Below, one piece after another: positions 50,472 to 63,463 of a stretch of DNA of 64,000 nucleotides. Position numbers and translations under genes: made by a program. This DNA is from Octopus sinensis (taxonomy: Eukaryota). The notes under the pieces were generated by a model. It did no database searches. It saw nothing but the letters and a program-made list of their open reading frames with translations, and was not told the DNA's origin. Every line of letters begins with the position of its first letter. Position 1 is the stretch's first letter. Location of the stretch: the NCBI RefSeq assembly GCF_006345805.1, contig NC_043001.1:77438001-77502000 (forward strand), written 5' to 3'.

Positions 50472-50835
50472 ATGGGCTTCAAATTTTGGCACAAGGCCAG
50501 TAACTAAGTCGATTACAGTGGACCCCAGTATTCAGCTGGTACTTATTTTATCGATTCCAAAGAGCGAAAGGCAAAATTATAGATGGGTTTCAAATTTTGG
50601 CACAAGCCAGTAATTTCGAGGAAGGTGCTAAGTCGAATACCTCAGTACTTGACTGGTAATTACTCTATCGACCTCGAATACTGGTAACTTTAAATACGAA
50701 TTTAAAATTTTGGTACAAGGCCAGTAGTGTCGTGGGTGGGGCTAAGTCGATTATATCGACCCAAGTACTCGACTGGTTCTTATTTTATCAACCGCGAGAA
50801 GATGAAAGGCAAAGTTGACCTCGTGGCGAATAGCA
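50472..50835 (-). repeat. Three tandem SINE C 3' fragments
   Basis: AAATTTTGG(C/T)ACAAG(G)CCAGTA..CTAAGTCGA recurs at about 50481, 50592 and 50705. Confidence 0.8.
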
Positions 50836-51162
50836 ACGTCTTTAAGTATGACCAACATTGAACATGCACGACTATGTCCACAGCAACAAAGCAGAATGAA
50901 ACCAAAAGTAGAATTATAAATATTAAAGCAACAACAACGACAAAAATAAACCGAGAAACAGTTCGTTTTACATTTCAAGATACAAACAGAAAATAAGGAA
51001 AAAAATACAAAAAAAAAAACAAGCAAGAAAGCAGCACAACGAAAATGCAAAATAGAAGAATAAACTGCATAAAAAATAATTAACTACATAATTCATACAC
51101 GTATACATACATTCAAACATACATGTGTGTATATATATATTATGTGTGTGTATATATGTATG

Positions 51163-51193
<31 letters not shown>

Positions 51194-51559
51194 GTTCTTA
51201 CCCATAGGTTTATCTATACATGTATTTATATATATAACATATGAATAAAATATAAATCATATTAGCGCAAAAGATGAGATTTGTTGAGAAGGTATTTTAA
51301 TAAAATATAAGGAAGACAGAGAAAACAAAATTAGAAGCAAATAAAGAGGATAATAAAGGAATAATTAAAGAAAGAAACAAGAACGAAATGCGAACGAAAA
51401 CCCAAAACAAAAATCAAAAGAACTGAAAAAGAAAGAAGATTCAAATAAGGGAGACAACAGAAAAGATAAACATAAAGAGATAATGGAAGATAATTTGAGA
51501 TTTAAAAAAATGATAGACTGTGATAAGAAATATGGAAACATATAAAGAACGGAATGTAC

Positions 51560-51645
51560 AAGCATGCGCATGTACACACATATATGTATTTATGCATATA
51601 TGATTCTATGCATATACATGCATATGTGTTTCCATATATATGTAT

Positions 51646-51688
<43 letters not shown>

Positions 51689-51835
51689 ATATATATACAT
51701 ATATAAATATAAGTATGTGAGTAAATATGTATATATATATATATATATATATACATACATGTATATATATAGAGAGATTTATATATATATATATATATGT
51801 CTGTATATATATGAATATTTATATGTATGTTTGTA

Positions 51836-51929
<94 letters not shown>

Positions 51930-52286
51930 CCTATGTGTAAGCGGGTAAGTGTGTGCATAGGTGAGGACGTGTGTTTCTCTCTGCTTGTGAATATATAAGT
52001 GGAGGGAGTAAATAAAGATGTGTGTGTGTGTATGTGTGAGTGAGTACCACCGTGTGTTTGCTTTTGAAAATGCGAGTTTATGTATGCGCGTCTATAACTG
52101 CATGTATGTGTGTTGCTTGTATGGAACTTGTATACATTTGTGTATGTATGTATGTATGTATGTATATATGTATGTATGTATGTATATGTGTGCCGTGTGT
52201 TTGTAGCGTGTGTTCGTGCCGGGCAGTGTATGCATTTTCTTTTTACTTTTCCTTCAGACAATGGTGTCTCTAATAATAATAATAAC

Positions 52287-52352
<66 letters not shown>

Positions 52353-52398
52353 TGATGATGATGATAATAATAATAATAATGTTAATAATAATAATAAC

Positions 52399-52460
<62 letters not shown>

Positions 52461-52798
52461 TAATAATAATTATAATAATAATAACAATAATAATAATAAT
52501 AATAATAATAATAGTTTTTTGTTGTTGTTGTTGTGGTTGCTATAATTATTGCAGTAGTTCTCATTGTTGTTGACAAAACAGGCAAATTATATGTAGGGCA
52601 TGATGATGATGATGATGATGTCGATGATGTTGTTAATGCTGTTATTGTTGTTGTTGTTGTTGTTGCTGCTAGAATCCTCACTCGACATTGTTATTGAAGC
52701 TAGCACGAATCCCCAACGTTATATTAATACATTAAAGTTATATTACTAATGAACCAACTCTGTCGCCGAGTGTGTGTGTATGTGTGTGTGTGTATGAT

Positions 52799-52830
<32 letters not shown>

Positions 52831-53302
52831 TGTCGTTGTAGTGTTGTTGATGGTAGCAGTTATAGTTGTACAGATGTTGTTGTTGCTGTTGTTGTTGTTG
52901 ATGGTGACTGAATGCAAGTCATAAATGTCTAAAATACATTCAATATGTATGAATGCTTCGTCTGTTTGTCGTTGTGTATATATACACAAAGTAAATACGC
53001 AATATACATGCACGATCACACACATACACACACGTTCACACATGTGCTATACACACATACATACCTACATACATGCATACATGCATAATACATACATACA
53101 TAATAACATACATAAATACATAGGTATACACACACATATATATGTATGCATCATTACTTATGTATATATACATATTAGCGGTATAAAAAAGTCATTTAAT
53201 TATGTACATGAATATGTATAGCTATATATGCAATGTCATGTATTTAACATACATAAACACATGCCTATATTTACACGTGCATAGACACACTCAGATGTAT
53301 AT

Positions 53303-53356
<54 letters not shown>

Positions 53357-53404
53357 ATATTTATTCAGTTATATTTATGCACATATACATATATATATAA
53401 ATAC

Positions 53405-53460
<56 letters not shown>

Positions 53461-53600
53461 TATATATGTACGTACATACACACACATATACACACATGTA
53501 TGTTTGTATGCACGTATATGTATGTATGTATGTGTGCGTGCGTGCGTGTGTGTGTGTGTGCGTGTGTGTGTGTGTATGTGTGTGTGTGTGAGTATGTAAG
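51560..53600. repeat. Microsatellite field incl. (TA)n, (TATC)n 51838-51930, (AAT)n 52270-52512, (GTT)n, (GAT)n, (TG)n
   Basis: Read directly. Confidence 0.9.
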
Positions 53601-54113
53601 CATGCGTATGCGTTTATATCGAGACTGATGTATGTAGATGTGTGCTTGGAAGAAGATGAGTTTTTTTATTATTATTTTTCTATTTTTTATAATAAATCCT
53701 AGTCTTTCGAAAACGTGTTTTTCCTCAGATCTAACTTATTTACTTTAAGATAACATTATTCTTGTTCTTGTTGCGGTTGCTGTAGCTTTTCGTTGATTGT
53801 CTTGCTGGCAATATGTGTTACTTTCGTTTTTGATGATGATGATGACGACGATGATGGTGATGGCATGTATATGTTTTACCATATTATTATTGTTGTTGCT
53901 GTTGCTATGGTGTATCTATGGTGTAGCTGTTATATCAAATGATTTAGGTGTACTATTTCACAGTCTGATCATATACCCTGAGACTTATGAAGAAAATCGA
54001 TCTTTTTCTCTGTCTCTCTATCTGTCTTTGTCTGTCTGTCTGTCGGTCTGTCTGTCTGTCGGTCTGTCTGTCTGTCTCTGTATATGTCTGTCTGTATCTG
54101 TTTCTTATTTCTT

Positions 54114-54678
54114 TATTTCTTTATTGCCCACAAGGGGCTAAACGTAGAGGGGACAAACAAGGACAGATAAAGGGATTAAGACGATTAGATCGACCCCAGT
54201 ACGCAACTAGTACTTAATTTATCGACCCCGAAAGGATGAAAGGCAAAGTCAGACGAAATACCTATTTCTTTACTACCACAAGGGGCTAAACGCAGAGAGA
54301 ACAAACAAGAACAGACAGACGGATTAAGTCGATTATATCGACCCCTGTGTGTAACTTGTACTCATTTAATCGACCCCGGAAGGATGAAAGGCAAAGTCGA
54401 CCTCGGCGGAATTTGAACACAGAACGTAGCGGCAGACGAAATACCTATTTCTTTACTATTGACAAGAGGCTAAACACAGAGGGGACAAACAAGGACAGAC
54501 AAACGGATTAAGTAGATTATATCGACCCCAGTGCGTAACTGGTACTTATTTAATCGACCCCGAAAGGATGAAAGGCAAAGTCGACCTCGGCGGAATTTGA
54601 ACTCAGAACGTAGCGGCAGACGAAATACCGCTAAGCATTTCGGCCGGCGTGCTAACGTTTCTGTTAGCTCACCGCCTT
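54114..54678 (-). mobile_element. SINE C subfamily as a head-to-tail trimer (one head, three bodies)
   Basis: Units start at 54114, 54262 and 54445; the middle unit is 183 bp. Junctions read AAAGAAATAG-GTATTTCGTCTG on the minus strand. Confidence 0.9.
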
Positions 54679-54698
54679 ACACACGCATACATATATAA

Positions 54699-55010
54699 TG
54701 TGAAGGCGCATGGCTCGGTGATTAGAGCGTCGGGCTCACAATAATAGGGAATGAGTTCGATTCCCGGACAGGGCTGTGAGTTGTGTTCTTGAGCAACACA
54801 TTTATTTCCGTTGCTCCAGGTCATTCAGCTCTAGAAATGAGTTGCGACGTCACTGGTGCCAAGCTGTATCAGTCGTTGCATCTCTCTTGGAAAACATCGG
54901 TGGCATGGGCGACTGGTGGTCTTCCAAAAACAACTCTGCCCGGACTTGTGCCTCGGAGGGTGGCTTTCTACCACAATCCCATGGTCATTTATGATCGAAA
55001 GAATCTTTAC
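54699..55010 (+). mobile_element. tRNA-derived SINE family E (CORE-like central domain)
   Basis: TGGCTCGGTG A box, GAGTTCGATTCCC B box, and TTGTGTTCTTGAGCAACAC..GTTGCTCCAG..TCAGCT..AAATGAGT, which resembles the invertebrate CORE domain. Confidence 0.7.
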
Positions 55011-55415
55011 TCTTTATGTGTGTGTGTGTGTGTGTGTGTGTGTAATTGGTGTGTGTGTAATTGGTGTGTGTGTGCGTGTTTGTGTGTGTGTTTGTGTGTA
55101 ATTTGTGTATGTGTATCCGTTATATACAACAGAAGCTGTTTTAGATTAAATTAGCTTTCTGTGTAACTTACGTAATGTGAACACTTCATGAAAAGGCAAA
55201 TTCACTGCAGTATTCGTCTGTCTGGAGACAATATTTGTTATGGAGGTGATGTGTTTCCAAAATACAATATATATCGTTAGCAGAAGAGAATCGTTCACCA
55301 ACAGAATGCTAGATCTGTATTTCTGTCTCGTTGATTATTGTCAGAACCTTGTACACTCAACCAACAGCATGCTGAGACGTAATATGCACCCTCGCGATGT
55401 TTTTACATTATGTAT

Positions 55416-55802
55416 TCGTGGAGACGCAATGACCCAGTGGTTAGGGCAGCGGACGCGCGATCATAGGATCGCGGTTTCGATTCCCAGACCGGGCGTTGAA
55501 AGTGTTTATTGAGCGAAAACACCTAAAGCTCCACGAGGCTCCGGCAGGGGATTGTGGTGATCCCTGCTGTACTCTTTCACCACAACTTTCTCTCACTCTT
55601 ATTTCCTGTTTCTGTTGTACCTGTATTTCAAAGCGCCGGCCTTGTCACTCTCTGTGTCACGCTGAATATCCCCGAGAACTACGTTAAGGGTACACGTGTC
55701 TGTGGAGTGCTCAGCCACTTACACGTTAATTTCACGAGCAGGCTGTTCCGTTGATTCGGATCAACCGGACCCTCGTCGTCGTAACCGACGGAGTGCTTCC
55801 AC
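55416..55802 (+). mobile_element. SINE family B with 11-bp TSD
   Basis: TSD ACATTATGTAT at 55405-55415 and 55803-55813. Confidence 0.95.
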
Positions 55803-56068
55803 ACATTATGTATGATACACAAATCATTGTAAGTACACACACACAGACAGACACACACACAAGCATACACACACACACACAATTCGTCATGAGGTTTCTT
55901 AAGAATCAAGGAATATTCACATATAGGACTTGGCTATTTGGATGTTTAAAATATTACATGGCGATGATGAAATCTATGTTATGATATGATCTTTTACGGC
56001 TATATTGAATAAAATTCTACCGAAACAGCTGTCGTAAATTTTAATTACACACACATACACACACGTCA

Positions 56069-56830
56069 AGAGGTGCATTCCAGAAGTTTCGAGACTTTTG
56101 CAGAAGATACATTTACATATATTATTTTCAAACAAAGTACAAAACTCTAATGTTCTTCAAAGTAAGATTATCTGTGTCCAGTGTACTTGTTGCAGCGCTC
56201 TATCCACTTCGGGAATGTCCCATGCAAATTCTCCAAATTGAAAGTGTTCGGGACTCTTGTCTCCTATATCTTCTCAATGTCTTCAACTACTTCTGAGATT
56301 ATCCTTCAAATCAGAAACAACCAAAAGTCACAAGTAATAAAATCTGGAGCATTTCAGCTTATTAGGAAGAAAGAACAACATTGATGCCTCTCCCTGTCAA
56401 GTTGTTAGTTACGAGGATGGCATTGAGAACTGGTGTATTGTCCTAATGCAGGTGCCAACGACTCGAGTGGAAGAGCTCTGGCCTTTTGCAACGAAATATT
56501 CATGAACTCCCTCAAAAGCTTCTTAAAATAATCTTTGTTGACCAGACAGATCCAGTGGTTGTAGATGATCGCCTCGCTTTCGGAAAATGGAATCATCAAG
56601 AGCTTCTCGGTGGACTTGCTTTGACTGGCTTCTTGTGCCTGCGATGCCAGATGCTCGCTTCATGCAAGTTAATCGATAAGCAGTCTGGAACATTTCATAC
56701 GTTCTATAACATTTCTGCTCCATTTAACACAAAAGCGTATTGCATAGCGATCTTTCACATTGTCTTCATGTCCCGACTATATTCCCGCAAATTAGTCTGC
56801 TGTGATCGGCACTGAATTTGCATACAAACA
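56069..56830 (-). mobile_element. Internally deleted mariner, same family as 5597-6410
   Basis: Shared TIR GAGGTGCATTCCAGAAGTT. Minus-strand pieces KKPVKASPPRSS, SEAIIYNHW..VNKDYFKKLL and DNTPV-like, plus a decayed YAPDFITCDFWLF. Confidence 0.75.
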
Positions 56831-57254
56831 TGATTGCATACATAATTCATATATGTATCCATATATATATAAAGATATGTTCCTCTTAGGAACCGTCATA
56901 TACAAATGCACAAACGATATGAAGGATTCTCTTATGATTCACACGATCAGATGGAAATTGAGGGCAAATTTTTCCCTCACTTCCAATACTAACGTAAAAA
57001 AATCTTACGTAAACAATAACAATTAAATAAGAATTATTGTAATCTTTTGTCGTTCTAGATTTATCTATATATCAGACGAAAATGTCTTGCATGAAACACC
57101 GTTGACATTTAACTGCTCTGCTAGGGCAGATTTGTGGTGAAAGTGAATCGTGATACATACATACATACATGAATGCATACATACGCACACGTACATACAT
57201 ACATTCATAGATACAGATGAAGATTACTAAAATGAAGTTGATGCGTGAAAAGAA

Positions 57255-57608
57255 CATTGGTAAAAGTTAAAAGTGAAAGTAGCCATCATGTTAAAACACA
57301 ATCGGCCAGATGTTGCAGTGAGGGATCACAAGAAATAAATATGATCTGTTGTGGAAATTAGCTGGCCTCATGACACCAATGTCATCAGAAATATACAGGC
57401 CATTGATAAGGTGTTTGCAAACCCCCCGGTATACAGGATACACTTTAAGTTTCATATTTAATGGAGCAACAGTATACATACCAATCCTCCTGGAGAAAAG
57501 TATGGCTGATTCTAGTACAGAGAAAATGCAACTATACTCAATTCATACATTTCAAATGATCGGAATATCTGGGACAACGATAATCTAAAATACATTCTCA
57601 AGATTTAA
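57255..57608 (+). pseudogene. 3' fragment of an R4/R2-superfamily non-LTR element (restriction-like endonuclease domain)
   Basis: LKHNRPDVAVRDHKK..VVEISWPHDTNV..YRPL..GATVYIP..MIGISGTTII follows the PD..E..KY REL layout. Stops and frameshifts are present. Confidence 0.75.
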
Positions 57609-58007
57609 AAGCAGATGAACAACACTAGATACTTTTGTTCATAATATCGCTCTAAATTACCTTTAAATTACTCTAAATTAAATAACGAAATAGAATACAT
57701 AAGTATATAGCTACATATATTCTCACACAAATAGCGTGTTTCTTATACATAATTCAAAAGTGTTATCGAATTTCAGGCTGTTATCAGGTTAAAGTTAAGT
57801 TATTAGTAACAGAGAGGGTGGAGATAGACCAGGCAGGTTGTCCTCAAATAAACTTTAATGCGCACAATGTAATTTAAGGGCTTATAGTATGGCATCAACC
57901 TGATAGAATATTTATACGCTCATTAATGTAATGACAACATTTTTCACTTGTTCATTACATCAACACTCACACACATGTACAAACACACACGCACGCATTC
58001 ACACATG

Positions 58008-58038
<31 letters not shown>

Positions 58039-58861
58039 ACACACATGCACATACGCATGCACGCACACACGCACAACACATACACACACGCACAACACAC
58101 ATACACACACACACACACACGCACAAGTTCGTATTTAGGCGTGCCAACAAAGTGAGGTTGAAAAATAACTATGGATTGAATTACTCATTTCTTCTGAAAA
58201 TCTGGAGTTTCAATGTAAATATGCAAGAGTGTACATACCGATTGCCACACAAATTTGTTAGTGGAACACGTGGCAATCTTATATAACTTTATGATGTTAT
58301 ACTAAAAAGATAACTCAAATCTCCAATTTTTATTCTACTGTCAGATATACAAAATACAAACATATGAAATTATGCCGCATGTTAGAACAGTCTGAATATG
58401 TTATATTCAACACATTTGTCCAAATTTAAACATTCCTTTTTCATTTTATTAAATATCCTCGAATTTGTGGGAGATTAGATAGTCCAAACAATCTCCATTT
58501 ATTTCTTCCGTTTCGTATATCTATTCTATTGCAACGATGCTTGATAAAATTTAAGTTGTGTTTGCGAGCTATGTTTTTTTAAGCTAGCTGACTACGAAAT
58601 TCACGATGTCAAATTGTAGGTATGCATTTCTATTTGTACAAACTGCACAACCACAATTATGGGATAAACCCCAGATACAAAAACGTGTCCATAAAGCTGA
58701 GTGCTTAAGAATCTTATTGTGTACGCGAGCATTTTAATGCGCATGCACAGGTATATCTATATATTACGCCTGTGTTCATCTACACGCGTTTCTATCTATC
58801 CATCCATCTCTCTTTCTGTGTAAATGTATATATAAATACATACATATATATATATATATAT

Positions 58862-58937
<76 letters not shown>

Positions 58938-58940
58938 CAG

Positions 58941-59095
58941 GCGTGGTTGTGTTGTAAGAAGTTTCCTTCCTGACCACATGGTTCTGGATTGAGTCCCATT
59001 CCGGGGTAACTTGGGAATCTGTCTTCTAATATATCCTCTGGCCGATTAAAGCTTGTGAGTAGATTTGGTAGAAGGAAACTAGAAGAATGCCGTCG

Positions 59096-59098
<3 letters not shown>
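58941..59098 (+). mobile_element. SINE family A, 5' half ending in expanded (TA)n/(TG)n
   Basis: GTGGTTGTGTTGTAAGAAG..GACCACATGGTTC..TTGTGAGTAGATTTGGTAGA..GCCGTCGTA. Confidence 0.75.
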
Positions 59099-59135
<37 letters not shown>

Positions 59136-61121
59136 TATATATATGTTTGTGTGAATGTGTATGTGTGTGTTTGTGTCTCTCTGCGTGTTGTGTGTTTGTG
59201 CGCGCGCGTGCGTGTGTATACAGAAGAGTTACGTGCAATATTAATTATGAAACACCCACCTCTGCGCACACATATCCGTACTCAGACATAATTTCGCTTC
59301 TGAGCCCACTTGTATATTTTTATAAAGACAACAAATAACGCGTACTTGTTCTAATATTAAACTGTAAATAAAACGGAAGATCAAGATTAAAAGAGATTGA
59401 TGTACGATGGTAGTCACTTAAAAGCAATGAATTGAGGTGGACATGTGGTGGACGAAGAAAAAGAATAGGCAAATGAAACGGTGCCAAAAATGTTGACAGA
59501 TGGGGAACGACGAAAGGTGATAGGGTGACAAAGGCAGAAAATTAATAAAATAAAGTAAATCTATAATTGTATTGCTCACGTAGAAAGAAAAATCCCACCG
59601 GAAATAGTATGAATCAAAGCATGTAGGCGTTACGTGGACGAATGTAGAAAATATAGGTGTCAATAGCTTTTCAGAAAGGAGCTTAAAAAACTTAACAAAA
59701 AGGGCTGCAGCGACTCACGGTATATTTATCCGGTCGTAAACAAATCGTATCTTAACGTATATTAACGTCGTTTATAGCATTTTATACAAGTTCGTTCCCA
59801 GTGTTGTAAGAGTATAACTATTGTCTACTGATAAGGGAAGAGGGTATATTTCTAGAAGTACTAGAGTACCAGAATTACTCAATTTACTGAAAAGATTCAA
59901 TATAAATACATACCGAACATTAAAGCTACGTATGTGAGAGTGGAAAACGTAGAATGCTATGATATAATCCTGACTTCAGTCTATCACAAAAAATTGATAT
60001 AGTTTAGGAGTTTCTCAAGCTAGTCTACCATTATGCCGCGGTTCTCTAGAAACACACGTATTATAAGACCTTCAACAAAAACCTTGTCAAAGAAATTTAT
60101 AGCTTACATTAGGGCTCACAACGCTAACAGCAGTGCTGAGAAGAACGACCAAAATTCAAATCTTGCACGTATTTAAAAGTGAGTAACTCTAATAACTATA
60201 TAGCTTGTTGGAAATTACTTAATTTAATTCTTAGTTTTCTACTCCAAAATATACTTAAAACTCTGAAGGATTTCCATATTTGACTAACCAAACATGGTTT
60301 CAAAACATATCGCCTACCAACAGAGATATATTCTAAATATCATTCAAAGATGATGTGCACCTGCATTATCAAGGTACATTTGGTTACTGAAAGGTACAAC
60401 TGGTAACTGAAAGAGGTGATCGACAACACGTACATTATCACACACAGTTCGCTTAACTACGCACAATCATACCGTAATAGTAATTTTACGTCCAGGTCCG
60501 GTTACTAGTTATGGAAACCGAACTGACAAAGCTTATCATACAGTAAGCTCTGAAATTCCAGTAAGCCTGTTTGCGTATATGTATGTGTGTGCCTGTACGA
60601 GCACAGATTTAGATGGTTATAGAAACTGTTAGTTCGATACTACATCACAGAATCGAAACGACATACTTAAACCTCTTGTAGTGTCTTCTCTAAATGTTTA
60701 AAGATGCCCAGATTGACACGGGGGTACCTCATATCAAATTCCTCCTCAATGTTAGGAAATGTATTGCATTCAGACGAGAACCTGATATAATGATCTATGC
60801 GTTGGTAGCCTAACATTTTAAATATGCAGCGTTGTCTCTTGCTCACAAGTAAATCGATATTTGGTTGTTATGAACTCCTTCCTGTTATCCAATTAGATGT
60901 TGATAAAAACAAGAATCCCTGATGAAGTTGAAGAAGTGCAAGCACACACACACAGGCACACACATACACAGAAACGCACGCACGCACACACACACACAGA
61001 GGCATACACGTAGATATGCATGCATTTCATATATATATATGTATGTGTGTGTGTGCATGCATACATATATATATAATATATATATATGTATGTATATGTA
61101 TATATGTATACACACACACAC

Positions 61122-61167
<46 letters not shown>

Positions 61168-61196
61168 TATATATATTATATATATATATAAGTATG

Positions 61197-61773
61197 CAGG
61201 GTGCAATGGGTAAATAGTCACCGTTTTATATTTTTAATTTCGTGCATGTGCATTGTTTGTTTATGATTTTGTCGACTACACGGTATAGTAGGGTGGGTTG
61301 GTCACCGTCTGTGAAAAAAACAGCACCATGAGGAAATTCACTAAGCCAGAAACGGCAGGCTGTACTGCTTGCTATTCGCGCCGGAAACACCAATACGAAG
61401 AGTCAGAAGCTCCAATACGATGCACCAATACGAACATGTACCGAGAGTGATAAAGATCAAGCATCCAGTCACCATCATGGTGTATGGGAGTGATCACTTG
61501 TGATGGTGACGTTACGCTTCGATTCTTCTTCCAACACGGCCTCAGACTCAATACAGAAGCCTACATCAAGTGTCTGGAGGAGGTAGTGCTGTCCTGGGTC
61601 AAGAGGCTGCCTGCTGGAAGAAACTATGTCTGGCAACAGGACTCTGCCCCATGCCACACAAGCAGGAGAACACAGTCATGATTGTCAAACAATTTCTGCG
61701 ACATGATCACCCCTAAGATCTGGTTACCTAACTCCTCACATTGCAACCTCCTTGATTATAATGTGTGGGGCGG
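61197..61773 (+). mobile_element. Internally deleted DD37D/maT element
   Basis: 5' end CAGGGGTGCAATGGGTAAATAGTCACCG. Pieces MRKFT.., KHPVTIMVYGVIT and QQDSAPCH ... NLLDY, with exactly 37 codons between D2 and D3. Confidence 0.85.
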
Positions 61774-61952
61774 ACCGTGATTGAAGCCAATGATTATTTT
61801 ATCGAATAAATTTACTCTTTAGTATTTCAAGATATTTTTTATGTGATTTTGGTAAATAGATCTATTAAAATGAGTTGTTACTGTTATTTTCCTTTTGGCG
61901 TAATTTAGTCGACAGTTTAAATATATATATATATATATTATATATATATATA

Positions 61953-61984
<32 letters not shown>

Positions 61985-62374
61985 CTGTGTGTGTGTATAC
62001 ATATATTTATACACTTATATATATACACTCACACACGAATAATTCAATGTAAGATTCATTTGAGTCATGGTATTTTAACATTCAGTACACTAGGAAAGAG
62101 CCAAGTGCCGCACATACATACTCATTTGTACGTACAATGTGAATACGAACTTATCCATACGTTAACATATATATACATGCATACATATGCATACATATAT
62201 ACCCATGCACACGCGCACGTTAGTTCACTATCCAATGCAAGTTCCAGAGCCAACGTAGGGAATTCTCCGGGTATGGTACGTAAATGCTAATAAACCTGTT
62301 GGGACACGTCATGCAATCATAATATACTACAAAGTATAGTAAATGCTTTCATAAGTCAATAACGTGTACTACAG

Positions 62375-62437
62375 CGTTAGATGTGCTCTTAAATCATGTG
62401 GAATACCTTTACACGTGATTTAAGAGCACTGCTAACG
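62375..62437. other. Near-perfect 63-nt hairpin
   Basis: GTGCTCTTAAATCATGTG / CACGTGATTTAAGAGCAC (17 of 18 complementary), with outer CGTTAG/CTAACG and an 11-nt loop. Confidence 0.85.
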
Positions 62438-62486
62438 AGTCATTAACAGCATAGTACTGTCAAAGACGATGTTCTGGCAACATAAT

Positions 62487-62487
<1 letters not shown>

Positions 62488-62553
<66 letters not shown>

Positions 62554-62629
62554 ACTACAACTACTACAACTACTACTACTACTACTACTACTACTACTGC
62601 TACTACTGCTGCTGCTGCTGCTTCTGCTG

Positions 62630-62672
<43 letters not shown>
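62488..62672. repeat. (CTA)n(CTG)n trinucleotide tract
   Basis: Read directly. Confidence 0.95.
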
Positions 62673-62674
<2 letters not shown>

Positions 62675-62965
62675 CACAATCCTAGAAATGAGTACGTACA
62701 TGATAACGCATGTACAATCATAATACAATCATACAAGACACATGCATATTTATAAATTCACGCATGTAAGCATAGACATATATACGTAAGTACATGAACG
62801 CACGTACACACACACACGCACACACGCACAAATATAGATACACACATAGAACATAGACACACACACACACATACACAACTATGTATATACATAAGCGCTC
62901 ACATACACGAATAAACACATTATATATGGACAAGAATCATATACAGTATATATATATATATATAT

Positions 62966-63354
62966 GGCTGTGTGGTAAGTAGCTTGTCTACCAACCACAT
63001 GGTTCCGGGTCCAGTCCCACTGCGTGGCATCTTGGGCAAGTGTCTTCTGCTATAGCCCCGGGCCGACCAATGCCTTGTGAGTGGATTTGGTAGACGGAAA
63101 CTGAAAGAAGCCTGTTGTATATATGTATATATATATATATGTATGTGTGTGTGTTTGTCCCCCTAGCATTGCTTGACAACCGATGCTGGTGTGTTTACGT
63201 CCCCGTCACTTAGCGGTTCGGCAAAAAGAGACCGATAGACTAAGTACTGGGTTTACAAAGAATAAGTCCCGGGGTCGATTTGCTCGACTAAAGGCGGTGC
63301 TCCAGCATGGCCGCAATCAAATGACTGAAACAAGTAAAAAGAAAAAAGAAAAAA
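62966..63354 (+). mobile_element. SINE family A, best-preserved full-length copy, inserted in (TA)n
   Basis: tRNA-like head (GGCTGTGTGGT; GGGTCCAGTCCC), CORE-like CTTGGGCAAGTGTCTTCT, short internal (TA)/(TG) at 63116-63155, A-rich tail. Confidence 0.92.
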
Positions 63355-63463
63355 TATATGTACAGCATACACTTGAACATATATCAATATACATATATTC
63401 ATATATACACACACACATATATAAGCATCTACATGTATATATACATCCATACACACTTACATA

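Noticed and set aside
59400-60870. 1.5 kb of non-repetitive sequence as a possible gene or element
   Set aside because: No ORF of note or recognisable motif in any frame I translated.
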